From assembly GCF_011745625.1 (NCBI RefSeq), contig NW_027191455.1, positions 992,001-1,056,000 on the forward strand: a stretch of 64,000 bases of DNA, given 5' to 3'. The notes under the pieces are model-generated. The model ran no database searches. It worked only from the letters and a program-made list of their open reading frames with translations, and had not been told where the DNA came from. The stretch is from Cladosporium halotolerans (taxonomy: Eukaryota). The translations under genes and the position numbers were made by a program. Shown here piece after piece: positions 12,589 to 23,807 of this stretch (position 1 is its first letter; each line of letters begins with the position of its first letter).

Positions 12589-13932
12589 TCAATCGCCCCG
12601 ATAACACCGAGCATTCCTGGTTATGCAATACGCACAGCTTCTGCTCGCGTGCGCCGTCACATCCTCTTCCACATAGATATCGCAGGATACGCCACCCTTC
12701 TTACAGTTCGCGCAGCGCTCGACGTCCGGCAGGCTGACACCCAGGTCCGTTTCGCACATCAAGCCCGCGTGCGCGAAGATCTTCTGCCGCTGTGCAGAGA
12801 GCTCGTTCCAGCGTTGCGGCGTCACGGACCAGTACTCGTTGCGGGCAACGGGCGGCTTCAGAGTGAGTCGGTTGAGACCCGTGTGCTGCCGGTGGCTGAA
12901 GTCGAAGTCGGCGGAGGAAGGGCGCGGGCGTCGGTTTCGGGGTTGCGTCCAAGGGGCCGTCGCGAGTGAGGCTGGAGTCGGGGGGTCAGAGTTGCGGGCT
13001 CTGCGGGCGGAGGATCTGGTGCGCAGGGGTATGTCGTCTTCTTCGTCGTCGTCGTCCTGTCCGCCATCGTCATTCTCTTCACCGTCGTCGTCGTCCTCGT
13101 CCCTCTCTCCGCTGCTGTGCGTAAGAGCCACGGAGTGGCGGCCAGACGTGGAAATAACGGATTCAGCGGGGTTATTTTCAATGAGCGCGTCGAGAATGGC
13201 CGTAGCCTCCAGGCTGTCCTCGATGCTGCCGCAAATTGCCCTCACACCCTCGTCAACGATGTAGTCATCCGCGTGGCGGATTACAGAGATAAGGCGCTCC
13301 CTCGCGCTGATGCAGCCTCGCAGCGTCGGCAGGATGGCATCGTTCGCGGCCAGCACAGCTTGCATGCACTGTAGGCGCTTGGCGATGAAGCGGCTCAGTT
13401 GTGGGTCCGTAGTTTGCAGATCATGAATGAGATGCGCGGAGGTTAACTGGTTGAGCATGCAGACGATCTCGTCCTTGAATACTGGATAGTGGGGAGCACA
13501 AATCTCGCCGGATACATGTCCCTTCAGATCGAGAAGGCCAAAATTTGCGGCAAAAACATAAAGCTCCAATCTCATGCAGAAGACATGATGCGTGTCCGCG
13601 GTGGCCGTATATTCGAGATCGTCATCGTGCGTTGCCGGTACGTAGCGGACGGGCCATGATCCCTCTCGGGAGACCTCAATCGGTCCATGCTTCAGGAACT
13701 GGGCGTTTGCGCCATGTAAGGTCCACAGCACTGAGCATCTGATCAATGCGTGGTCAAGCTGAGGAGACGCTTTGATCGTAATTATAATCAGGTCGCCAAA
13801 GTCTTGATGATCTCCGAAAGAAAAGAGCTTTTCGAGAAGCTGCTCTGGGATACGTTTGGCCTATTCTATTGTCAAGATTGGAACCAACTCCGTACCAGGC
13901 AGAACAAGCTTGACCATGCTTTTGGCGGCCAT
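12589..13932 (-). pseudogene. Paralogue B of the 10540..11937 gene, interrupted by an in-frame TAG at 13861-13863
   Basis: The frame of the 12589..13746 ORF extends to ATG 13932 (MAAKSMVKLVLPGTELVPILTIE*AKRIP) and aligns with paralogue A (MADIGELKLVFDNEPMPILMPEQVAKIP). Same C-terminal Cys spacing. Confidence 0.7.
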
Positions 13933-14282
13933 TTTTCTGATGATACGTTGTTTGCGGCGTGGAGTGATGTTAGAAGTCGAAAACACGTCGAGGGATGGAG
14001 AGCAACCAAACCACAGACGGTAGACGCGTCCGGTTGCTTATTCGTCAAAGTTCACCCATGGCATTATGCACGCGGCCGCGCAGTGCGACGGTGACATGCA
14101 AACGGCTTTGCAGCACTAGAAATGAAGTGTAACCAGAAATGTGACCTGTCGCAAGCTTTCAAGACCCACCCAATGATTGACTACGCACGTTGACCGAGTG
14201 CACTCGCAGTTGGCGCTTCCTCTGCATCAGGCCATTTGATTTCACATTCAAGACCACGTACTTTTCGTGAGACATAGCTCTA

Positions 14283-15839
14283 TCAGTCCTCTCTCCCATC
14301 AACCTTCCCCCTCCCCCAGACCTCATCCGCATTCGCCTTCCCCTTTGTCTCCGGCACGTACCACGCGACAAACAGCCCGAAGACCAGTGCAAAGCCCGCG
14401 AAAAGGAAGTACACCTGGCCCTTGCCGACCTTCTCGCTAAGGACAGGAAAGAACTGCGCGACGACAAACGTCGCGATCCAGTTCGCCGCGAGCGCCCACG
14501 ACTGCGTCGCGCCAACGGCCTCAGGTCCAACGAGCTCAGAGGACAAGATGAAAGGCACAGGACCAAGGCCCAAACCGAAAGAGGCGACGAAAAGGAGAAC
14601 GGCGACGCCGCTGAGGATCGGCAGGTGCTTGATGATGCCGAATGCGAGGAGCAGAGACGAGGTGCCCATACCGGCTGTGGAGGCGAGAAGGCAAGGTTTG
14701 CGACCGAGCTTGTCGGTCAGGGGCGCGGAGGCGGTCGTGACGACGATGTTGAGGACGGCGACCATGATGTTGAGCAGGGCGGAGTTGGAAGCCAGCAAGT
14801 CGGCGAGCAGGCTTACGCCGTACATGACGATGCTGTTGATGCCGCATAGCTGCTGGCCGACCATGACGGTTGTGACGGCGAGGATGGCGGGGCGGGAGTT
14901 GGAGTCTTTGAGAACGGAGAAGATGGTGAGGGGCTCGATCATTGTGGATTTCGTGGCGGACGTGGTGTTGTTTGTGTGTTCGTTGGCGGCTGAATTGTCT
15001 CGGTTGGAGATCAGGGCTTCTTCCTCGTCTTCCATGTGCTCTTCGTCCTGGTTTGTTCCCCAGCTCTCGACCTCCTCTTCGATGTCTACACGGTGTCCGC
15101 GAAGCTTACGCAAGGCTTTCTTTGCACCAGACGGCTTGCCGTGATCTGCCATCCACCTCGGGCTTTCTTGTCCGCCTAGCAATAGTCCGACTGCTTGCAG
15201 TGCACCGAAAGCTCCTCCCACGCCCAGGATGATCCTCCAAAGCGATCCCTTGCTCAAGAAGTATCCGAGAACTTGTGTGATGAGAATGCCAACATTGGTC
15301 ATGATCTGCGTGAAAGCGCCAAAGAAACCCTTGCTCCTAGGCGGTGCCGTCTCGCTGATGTACAGCGGTACTATGACAACCGCGGCTCCTGCACCGAGAC
15401 CCGAGATAAATCTACCCAGAGTCATGGTTCCGATATTGGGTGCCAGCGCTTCAAGTATAGGGCCGATTGTGAAGAAGACAGTATTGAACAGCATCGTCCG
15501 CAACCGCCCATACTTCGCGCCAAAAGGTCCAGCGGACAGCGCACCGATCAGGCCGCCGAGCGTGAAGAAGGAGCTCACAAGCCCAAACTGAGTCGGGTTC
15601 ATTTCTATGCATTGTGGTAGGCCCGCGACACCAGAATGTTGCTCCTCGTGCTCTTTGAAGTAGGTGACGAAGCGGGCAAACGCCGACCCACTGATGGAGT
15701 CGCGTTGGCAGGTAATAACATCTTGAGGCGCGTTGAGCTCGGCAAGATGGTAGCCGAAGAGAAGAGGGCCGATCGTCGCCGTAAGAAGGGTGTATGCGAA
15801 ATACGGCGTCAGATCGTGGAACGGACTTGTAGAAGCCAT
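14283..15839 (-). CDS. MFS sugar porter family transporter (Vps73/YBR241C-like)
   Basis: 518 aa single exon with multiple TM segments. Motifs KYGRL, PLYISETAP, ESPRW, QQLCGIN, DKLGRK and VPETKGK. Confidence 0.9.
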   Translation of the reverse strand: MASTSPFHDLTPYFAYTLLTATIGPLLFGYHLAELNAPQDVITCQRDSISGSAFARFVTYFKEHEEQHSGVAGLPQCIEMNPTQFGLVSSFFTLGGLIGALSAGPFGAKYGRLRTMLFNTVFFTIGPILEALAPNIGTMTLGRFISGLGAGAAVVIVPLYISETAPPRSKGFFGAFTQIMTNVGILITQVLGYFLSKGSLWRIILGVGGAFGALQAVGLLLGGQESPRWMADHGKPSGAKKALRKLRGHRVDIEEEVESWGTNQDEEHMEDEEEALISNRDNSAANEHTNNTTSATKSTMIEPLTIFSVLKDSNSRPAILAVTTVMVGQQLCGINSIVMYGVSLLADLLASNSALLNIMVAVLNIVVTTASAPLTDKLGRKPCLLASTAGMGTSSLLLAFGIIKHLPILSGVAVLLFVASFGLGLGPVPFILSSELVGPEAVGATQSWALAANWIATFVVAQFFPVLSEKVGKGQVYFLFAGFALVFGLFVAWYVPETKGKANADEVWGRGKVDGRED

Positions 15840-16639
15840 GGCGGGGCCGAATGAGCGCGCGTCGGGTACAGGCTGACAGTGTCGAATGCTGTGTATCTGC
15901 GACTATTTCACGAGGCTGATTTGCTCATTATGAAGATGTGGTCAACCTCCAAAGTCCAAGATGCGAGATTGCCAGAAGTTGAGGCGGTGGCAGCACGTCA
16001 TGTGCACGCAAGGGCTGGGATATCAAGCGAGACTTGAGATGAGGCGTGGGGAGCTGCAAGCATGAAGTCGGAGCTTCCCGCCGCGGCAGACGGAGTAGCA
16101 CCTCGTCAGCATGCACCTGTACTCATCTTACAGGTCCCTCGTTCCTTGACACGTGAGCTGGGTACCTGAATGTACCTGAATGTACCCAATTCCGTTTGTC
16201 CGTGTGTCTTCGTCCCTTTCGTGGACAAACCACGACCTCACGGCGGCAAGGCCATCACAATCGCATCCATCCACAGTCGGCGTCTGAAGCCGTTCCCGTC
16301 CCAACACTCTTGACCTTTGATGCACAACTACTGTCCCTCACCCCTCTGTCTCCTCCGGCGCTTATAGACTTTGTTCATACGCCACAAGGTGCGGTGGCAG
16401 CGGCACAGCCTACACCGTCGATCCCAAAGGATCCAATGCTATTTCTCCGCCGGCCACATTGCCCGACATCCGTCTCACGCCTCGGTGCTGATCTCCAAGC
16501 TCGCCACATCCTCCACGGTCTCCGTAGTCGCGATCCTTAGGCGCGCACATCTCGTTCGCGTGGGCTCTATTAGCTACGGGGGAACAATTCCCAGGCTGCC
16601 TGCACGTCACGTCTTTCTTGCCTCGGACGTGGCGGATCG

Positions 16640-18280
16640 ATGTCAAATCCCCCGAGCGCGACGGCAGCCATGGGGCCTCCGTCCGCCGCCGCTGCTCGCA
16701 GCGCCTTCGCTGCTCAATCCGCCGGCCCCCTCGGCCAAACTCAAGCCCAGGGTCTCAAACGAGCCTTCGAGGGTATGTCGCCCATTATTCCATGCTTGCT
16801 CTCAACCTCCATGTTGGCCTGTGATTATTCCTTTGTCCCATAATTATTTCGCGTGTCCACATTCTGCTACTTTACAAGCAAACTTTGACCTTGCATTTTG
16901 CTGCATGGCTTTGCATCTTTGCCTTCGATTCGTCTCCTTCCATTCACCGAATTGTCCACGTGACCCGCGTCCACTTCGACAGACTGCTCACACCCTACAG
17001 AGGCTCCAGACACCCCACCACTGGTCAAGATGAATGCGACGCCATACGCACCTCAGCGGCATATTAACGATCACTATGACATCGTGGGTTTCATCAGCAG
17101 TGGCACATACGGCCGAGTATACAAAGCGGTGAACAAGCGAAACAATCCCAATATTCAACCCGCCAAACACCCATCCGGCCGCACCATAGAAGCCTTTGCA
17201 ATCAAGAAGTTCAAGCCCGACAAAGAAGGCGAGTTGCAATATACAGGCATCTCGCAATCCGCCATCCGCGAAATGGCCCTCTGCACCGAGCTCAGCCACC
17301 CAGCCCTCATCCACCTTGTCGAAATCATCCTCGAGAGCAAATGCATATTCATGGTTTTCGAGTACGCCGAGCATGACCTCCTTCAAATCATCCACCACCA
17401 CAGCCTCCTCCCCCGCACGCCCATCCCCGCCACCTGCCTCCGCAGCACCATGCACCAGCTCCTCTCCGGCCTCCTCTACCTCCACCAAAACTGGGTCGTG
17501 CACCGCGACCTCAAGCCCGCAAACATCATGGTCACCTCCGCCGGCAGCATCAAAATCGGCGACCTCGGCCTAGCCCGCCTCTTCTACAAACCCCTGCACG
17601 CCCTCTTCACCGGCGACAAAGTCGTCGTCACCATCTGGTACCGCGCCCCGGAACTCCTCCTCGGCAGCAGGCACTACACGCCCGCCATCGACCTGTGGGC
17701 CGTGGGGTGCATCTTCGCCGAACTCCTCTCCCTCCGCCCCATCTTCAAGGGCGAAGAAGCGAAGCAGGACAGCAAGAAAACCGTCCCCTTCCAGCGCAAC
17801 CAGATGGGCAAGATAGGCGAGGTGCTCGGCTTGCCGCGTAAGAGCGAATGGCCGCTGCTGCCCGCCATGCCCGAGTACGCGAACCTGCAGTCCGTCGCCA
17901 TGCACAACCCCGCCGTCAGCCGCCCGCTCGGCCTCGACAAGTGGTACCGCAACACGATCGCCAACAACAACTATGCGGCGGCGCCTCCGGACGACGCCGC
18001 GCTTGATTTGCTGCGCAGACTGCTCGAGTACGATCCGCTCAAGCGCTTGACGGCCGAGGAGGCGCTAAAGCACCCGTATTTTGTCGGCGAGAACGGTGCC
18101 GGCAAGCCGCCTTCGTGGAATTGTTTTGAGGGGCTGGAGACTAAGTATCCGGCTAGGAAGGTCACGACGGAAACGCATGAGATTGGTGGGACGGGGAGCT
18201 TGCCGGGGACGAAGAGGAGTGGGTTGCCGGATGATGGGTTGTTGAGGCCGCCTGTTGCGAAGAAGATGAGGGAGGGGTGA
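16640..18280 (+). CDS. SSN3: Mediator kinase CDK8/Srb10; exons 16640-16772 and 17001-18280
   Basis: ISSGTYGRVYKA, SQSAIRE cyclin-binding helix, HRDLKPANI, GDLGLAR, VVTIWYRAPELLLG. GTATGT donor at 16773 and CAG acceptor at 17000 join in frame. Confidence 0.95.
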
Positions 18281-19170
18281 GATGGAAGAGTTTAATCCTT
18301 CACGACACGAAAATGGATTTGAGATGGCGCACAAGATGCATCAGGGGATGAGAAGCCAGCCAGCCATCGACAGTGCTGAGATGGTGTCCGGCTAGTCACA
18401 CGGCACAGCAGCAAGACCCATTTGTGCGCGAGAGCAAGAGGATTTCCCGCCTCGATCTTCAAACTCCGGCGCACTGAGCCTTGACCAGAAAGAGTTTCTT
18501 TCAGGCAGGACTCATTGGGCGCTGCACGGCTAATAGAGATTGCCGAAGAAATGAAGCAGACGACAAGCCTGTCGAATGTCGAGTCCTAGAGTAGGAGTGC
18601 GAGAATGTCTTTCCGAATAGGGAAGGAATGGACACACGAGGTGGTCTGCAGAGTGAAGATACTTATTCCATAGCCAGACATCACCAGACAAATTAGAGAC
18701 CCAGATTGCTGAATAAACAGCAACCTCGGACAATGCAAAGCCATGAAGCCAAAGATCCATTGCGTGCTGTTTGAATTGTTTTTCCATTTGATTGAGCCTG
18801 ATAATATATTATTCTCTACGGAAGATCCTCCTCTTCATCCCATCCAACCCTGATCCTGTCTTCTGTGACCCTTTTCCCAAGCAGAATTCCCCTCAAATCC
18901 TCAAAACCAAAACCCAAGATTAGGAAAATAAGTTAAGAATTAGTCCCTAGTGTGTACTGCCCCCAAGTCTGAACTCCGAGTTCTCATGCAGATGCTGTGA
19001 GTCGCTTCGCTTCGCTAATCCAATCATGATGCATGCGCATATCTTCCTTTCCTCTAATTTGTTTTTTTCTCTTGAGTTTCCCTTCTTTTTCTCGTGGTAG
19101 TAGTGATAAGCAAGCGCAAAATATACAAACATGACAATAAGGAAATATGTGTGTGCGTGTTTCGCCGAGC

Positions 19171-21589
19171 TTAAGAGCCCGCGTCGATCTGGTCAACAAC
19201 GTTGTGGTTGCTGTACCAGTCCCAGTCGACGCAAGTTTGCGGCATGACGTTGGGGATCTCGAGGATGTCCTCGGGCCGCGACATGACGTTCATCGCCAGG
19301 CCGCCGGACAAGTGCCACGCGACGTGGCAGTGGAAGGGCCAGACGCCGGGGTTGTCGGCTTCGAATTGCAGCGCGGCGAAGCCCGAGGCGCGGATCGTCT
19401 GGATGTCGCGGCGCGCGGGGTTGGGGTGGTTGACGGTGCTGCCGTCCCAGACGCCAGGGCCTTCGTCGAGCACGTACATGTTATGGCCGTGGAGATGGAA
19501 ACTGGGAGGAGGGGTTAGTGTTGAGTTTGAGGTTGCGAGGTAATGGTTGGACTTACGGGTGAGCGAAGGGGGTCTTGTTGGTGACGTTGAGGACGACGGT
19601 ATTGTTCTTGTCGAAGTTGTGGACGGCCCATTGTGGCTGCAGGGGGTAGGAGACGTTGCCCTCCGCGGCCTTGAAGAGGATGGGCTCGTTGAAGTTGGCG
19701 CGGAAGGTCTGGTTGTTGATCTGCCACTCGTAGTTGCCGGTAGCGTTCATGACGAGGGAGAGCTCGAGGTTCTGGACGAAGGGGTTTGGCGACGGGGTGA
19801 TCTTGTAGTCGGGGACGGTCGACTCGAGAGGGTCGTTGACACACTCAGTTGAGTTGTACGCCGAATACGTAGTGGGGAGTTTAGACGTGTCAGCGTGATC
19901 GTAGTAGATGGCGGCCAGTGTCTGAGGAGCCTCAGATCCACCGCAAGCTTCACCACCAGGGGCAGAAACGCGCATCCAGTAGGCTGATTGAGCGAAGTTG
20001 TCGGCCTTGACAATGACATCGCTGCGCTGACCAACACCAAGGGTGATGACATTGGCCTCCCTGGGCTCGATGGGAACGTAGTCGACAGCGATGACAGTCA
20101 TCTTGTGCCCGTCAATGGAGAACTTCATGATGCCGTCTGCGCCAATGTTGGAGAGACGAAGACGGTGGGTCTTGCCACTCTCGAACCTGAACTTGGAGAG
20201 AGGAGCATTATCGACGCAAGTCCATTCGATGTCGCTCTCTAGGTTGCTGGCAAGCCACTGAGAGCTGTTGTCGTAGGTTCTCTTGGAGCAATCATGCTGA
20301 GCACGGCCGTTGATGAGGACGTTGTCGCTGACGGGAGGGATGACGGAAAGATCGGTGCCGACGGCGTCAGCGACGATGGAAAAGTAGGGGACGTGGAACC
20401 AGTCAGAGATCATGACGGGACCGATGTCAATGTCGTAATCCTGCGAGTTGGGGCCGTAGATTTGCATGGGACCGACAATACCACCGGTGTACTGAGCAGA
20501 GTAGTGGGCGTGGTACCAGGAGGTACCGTGGATATCGGCGCGGTACTTGTAGGTGAAAGAGTGGAAGGGAGCAATTGGGCACTGGCCGACGGCGGGAACA
20601 CCGTCATACCAGGGAGTCTCCCTCTGGAGCATGCCGTGCCAGTGAACTGAGGTGCCCTCGAACGGGTGGCCAATCTGGTTGTGGACGGTGACTTCGATCA
20701 TATCGCCCCAGTTGGCTTCGATCAGAGGACCAGGGAATTGACCGTTGATGAGAATGACATCGCGGAGCACACCGTCAGTAGAAATGCGGTCACGAGTGAT
20801 GTTGAACTCGTAGTACCGAGTGTCGCCGGTGTCGGGAAGATCGCCAACAACAGTCGCATCCGAGTTCTTAGTCGTCTTGTCACCCCAGGGAGCACTCGTG
20901 TAAGGCTTGCCATCTTCGCTGTCGAGCCACTTGGGGAAAGTCGGGTTGCAGAGGGTTCCCCAGGTGGAGTTACCGACCTGTTCCATGTTGGTGAGAGGAG
21001 TCGTTGGAAGTTCGCAGTCGGTCGGAACAGGCTTCGTAGGCCAGGGCTTGTGAGGAATTCCGGTTTTGCTGGGCTTGGTGGGCGGCTCGAAAGGCGCCTT
21101 CGACGAATGAGGGGGCTCAGGAGCGTCAGAGGGGTCTGACGTTGGCTCTTCCCAAGAGGCTGCGGTGACCCATGCGATTGCCGCCGGGCAAGCTGAATGA
21201 GTCGCAGGGCAAGAGGTTTCGGTGACGTCGATGGTGGTGTAGACGGTGCTGGTCACAGCCTCGTAGACCACAGTGACGGAAGGTGATTCGGGAGTCGCAG
21301 CCCAATTTTGAGGAGACTCCTGAGCGACCTGCTTTGCAACGGCGTGTTGAGTAGGGGTCCAGGCGGGAGGGTGTGCTGGGTAGCCCTTGGGGGCCTTTTG
21401 TGTGAATTGAAGTGGCGTGGGAGGCAGCGAAGGAGGCGATGCTGATGCCGGAGCTGGTGCTTCTGAGCTGGGCGGTATCCACTGGCCGAATGTCCTCCAG
21501 TCGATTGTGTTCATGTTCTGCCAGTCGGGCCTCTCTTGGGCGGCGACACTGCCGACCGCCAGAGCGGTCATAGACCACGCACCGCGCAT
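19171..21589 (-). CDS. Secreted laccase-type multicopper oxidase (AA1); exons 21589-19557 and 19501-19171
   Basis: All four copper motifs present: HWHG, WYHAH, HPFHLHGH (formed across the 19502-19556 intron) and HCHVAWH. Leu at the T1 axial position. Signal-peptide-like N-terminus. Ends in DAGS. Confidence 0.93.
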
Positions 21590-23807
21590 AGCGAAGCGAG
21601 TCTCTCCGGTGAGATATGAGGGAGCCTACCTGTACAACGAGAAAAGATTGCTGTACAGTGGAGGGAGGAGGAGGGTGTCACGAGGGACGGGTTAGCAAGA
21701 CAGAAGCAGTAGCTGGATGGTCGAGGTGTGTGCAAGAACGGAAAGCTGCAGAGAGCTGAGTGTGTATTATAACAACAACAGCGACGAACCGCGGCCGAGA
21801 CGGCACCAGCCATCGCGAACCATATCTCAAATGCTACCCGCTATGGTAAGGCCCTGCCCAGAGACAAGACGCCATAGCTACCGGGCAGCGCCCAGGCCGC
21901 AGGGCTGACCCAAGAGCCTGCCAGCCATGCGATATCGACGCCGAGCTGAGACAAGGCTGGTGAGCAGAAGGCGGCGTGAGGCCAAGGTGAGAGTGCAGGG
22001 CAACAAGCTGCAAGTAACAACCACGCGCGGCGGGTAGGTTCAGCCCGGTCCGCCACCTGTTTTGGGCCTGGCGGCGAGCCTGTTTCAGACTCGACGATGA
22101 GAGCTGGCCTGACTGACGTTAGGCGGTGGGCCGAATGGAGGAATCGAATCTGCAATCGATATGTCGTGCATCACGCTGATATCCTCATGCGAGCTCATGC
22201 GAGTGTTTGCATGTAAACATGAAGCCTCAGGCTCAGCCGCAATGCAATGCGAGGCGGCACACTGCAGTGTTGACGAGGAGCAGCAGCCAACGGCAGCGAC
22301 TCCGACTCGACCAGAAGGGCGGGAGGCCGGGGGCGGGAGCAAGCGCGAAGCTTATTCCGTCTCCAGTGGCTCGGATCAAGCCTCCCGAGTTTCGCAGGAC
22401 AACCGCACATGTCTCAAAACAATGTCTGCCTTCGCAGCCATCGCCGTTGTGGAATCGTCATGGGAACTTTCACACGGCAGACGTCTAAATGGGGCTGTGC
22501 CTGGCCGCTTCAGCAGCATTTCTCCGCGGCCTGGGCACTTCATTGGCAATGAGACCACGTGATGCTGTTGACAATGCCAGAGGCTGGTAAAGTCACATGA
22601 TCGCATCGCGAATTCGCCAATATACACAGCAACATGGCCCTTTCACAGCAGCCTGTACCACCACCGCCGCCGCCATAAAGAGCGCCCGCAAGCCCAATAC
22701 CGCCACTCAGCACGCCGTGACGACACCCACAACGGTATCAAAACGGCCGTTGCTCAGGCACGTGTCCCCACCTAGAGCAGCACAGCGGGTTGCCCAGCGC
22801 GGCCACAACCGCAAAGCCAAACGCTCGCTTCAAGCCATCCCGATTTCACGCGAGACATATACCCGCCATCATCCAATTCTCCATCTTTGCCTGCGAGGCT
22901 GGGACGGCGTCGGTCGGATTGTGCGCCTCTCGACTTTTCTTCATGCTGGGTATGATGCCATGCGTTCCAGATCTCGCGACGGATCTCGGTATCACAGACG
23001 ATCTTCGTTCCCGCGTGAGCAGCGTGCTCTTCACCTTCGCTGCCGTGATGGTTGGTGGGTGGGCCGGCGTGCTAACGGCTTTGCATCCCTGTCCTATATT
23101 GCAGATAACATGGTCGGGATAGAAGTGCCGGCCGCGACGATGATTCGATCTGAGTTTAGAATTACTTATATGACAGACGACGTAACCGGATCGAACGTGC
23201 CGGCCGCGATGGTGATCTGAGATGACTTCGAAACGCGCGCCTACTATTTTCGGCCGCGTATCTCTAGAGAGCGCCTGTTCTTTGCAACGATGATCATTTA
23301 CGCAGGACCTTATCACGTTCCATCCCATCTTTGCTGGGGCAACGGTGTGCCTTTGAGATCCTATATCAAAAGGCTCGCGCTCAGCTTGCGAACTCTGTCC
23401 AGCTATCAGTCGTTCAACCGAACCGCGACCTGATCTTTTCCATTTCATATTTGCAGGATCACACATGTCGTTTCCCCAAGTACATGCCCACTTGCTCAAT
23501 TCTGCCTCACATCCATACAGGCGTCATTCATGCGTTGCGTGCATCATCATCCACTTTCACACCCCCGATGCGTAAAGTCAGTAATCAAGATGTTGAAGTA
23601 TCGGCATTAAATGCTAGACAAAAATAATCTATAAAGGGTATCTCTCCAGTCCAGCGGCGTCAGCGATTCCAACGAACCAAGCCGCACAAAAATAAAAGAG
23701 CCACCCAGAAATCTATGGCCCGGATGCTAATCCAATCCAATTATGACAAAAAACGCGAACAAGAACGCCTTCGCTGCTTCATACGCATGACAAAGATCCA
23801 TCATCAA

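Noticed and set aside
21600..23800. ORFs of 100-217 aa upstream of the laccase
   Set aside because: Overlapping, mostly Arg/Ser/Ala-rich ORFs with no motif; most likely a long regulatory region.
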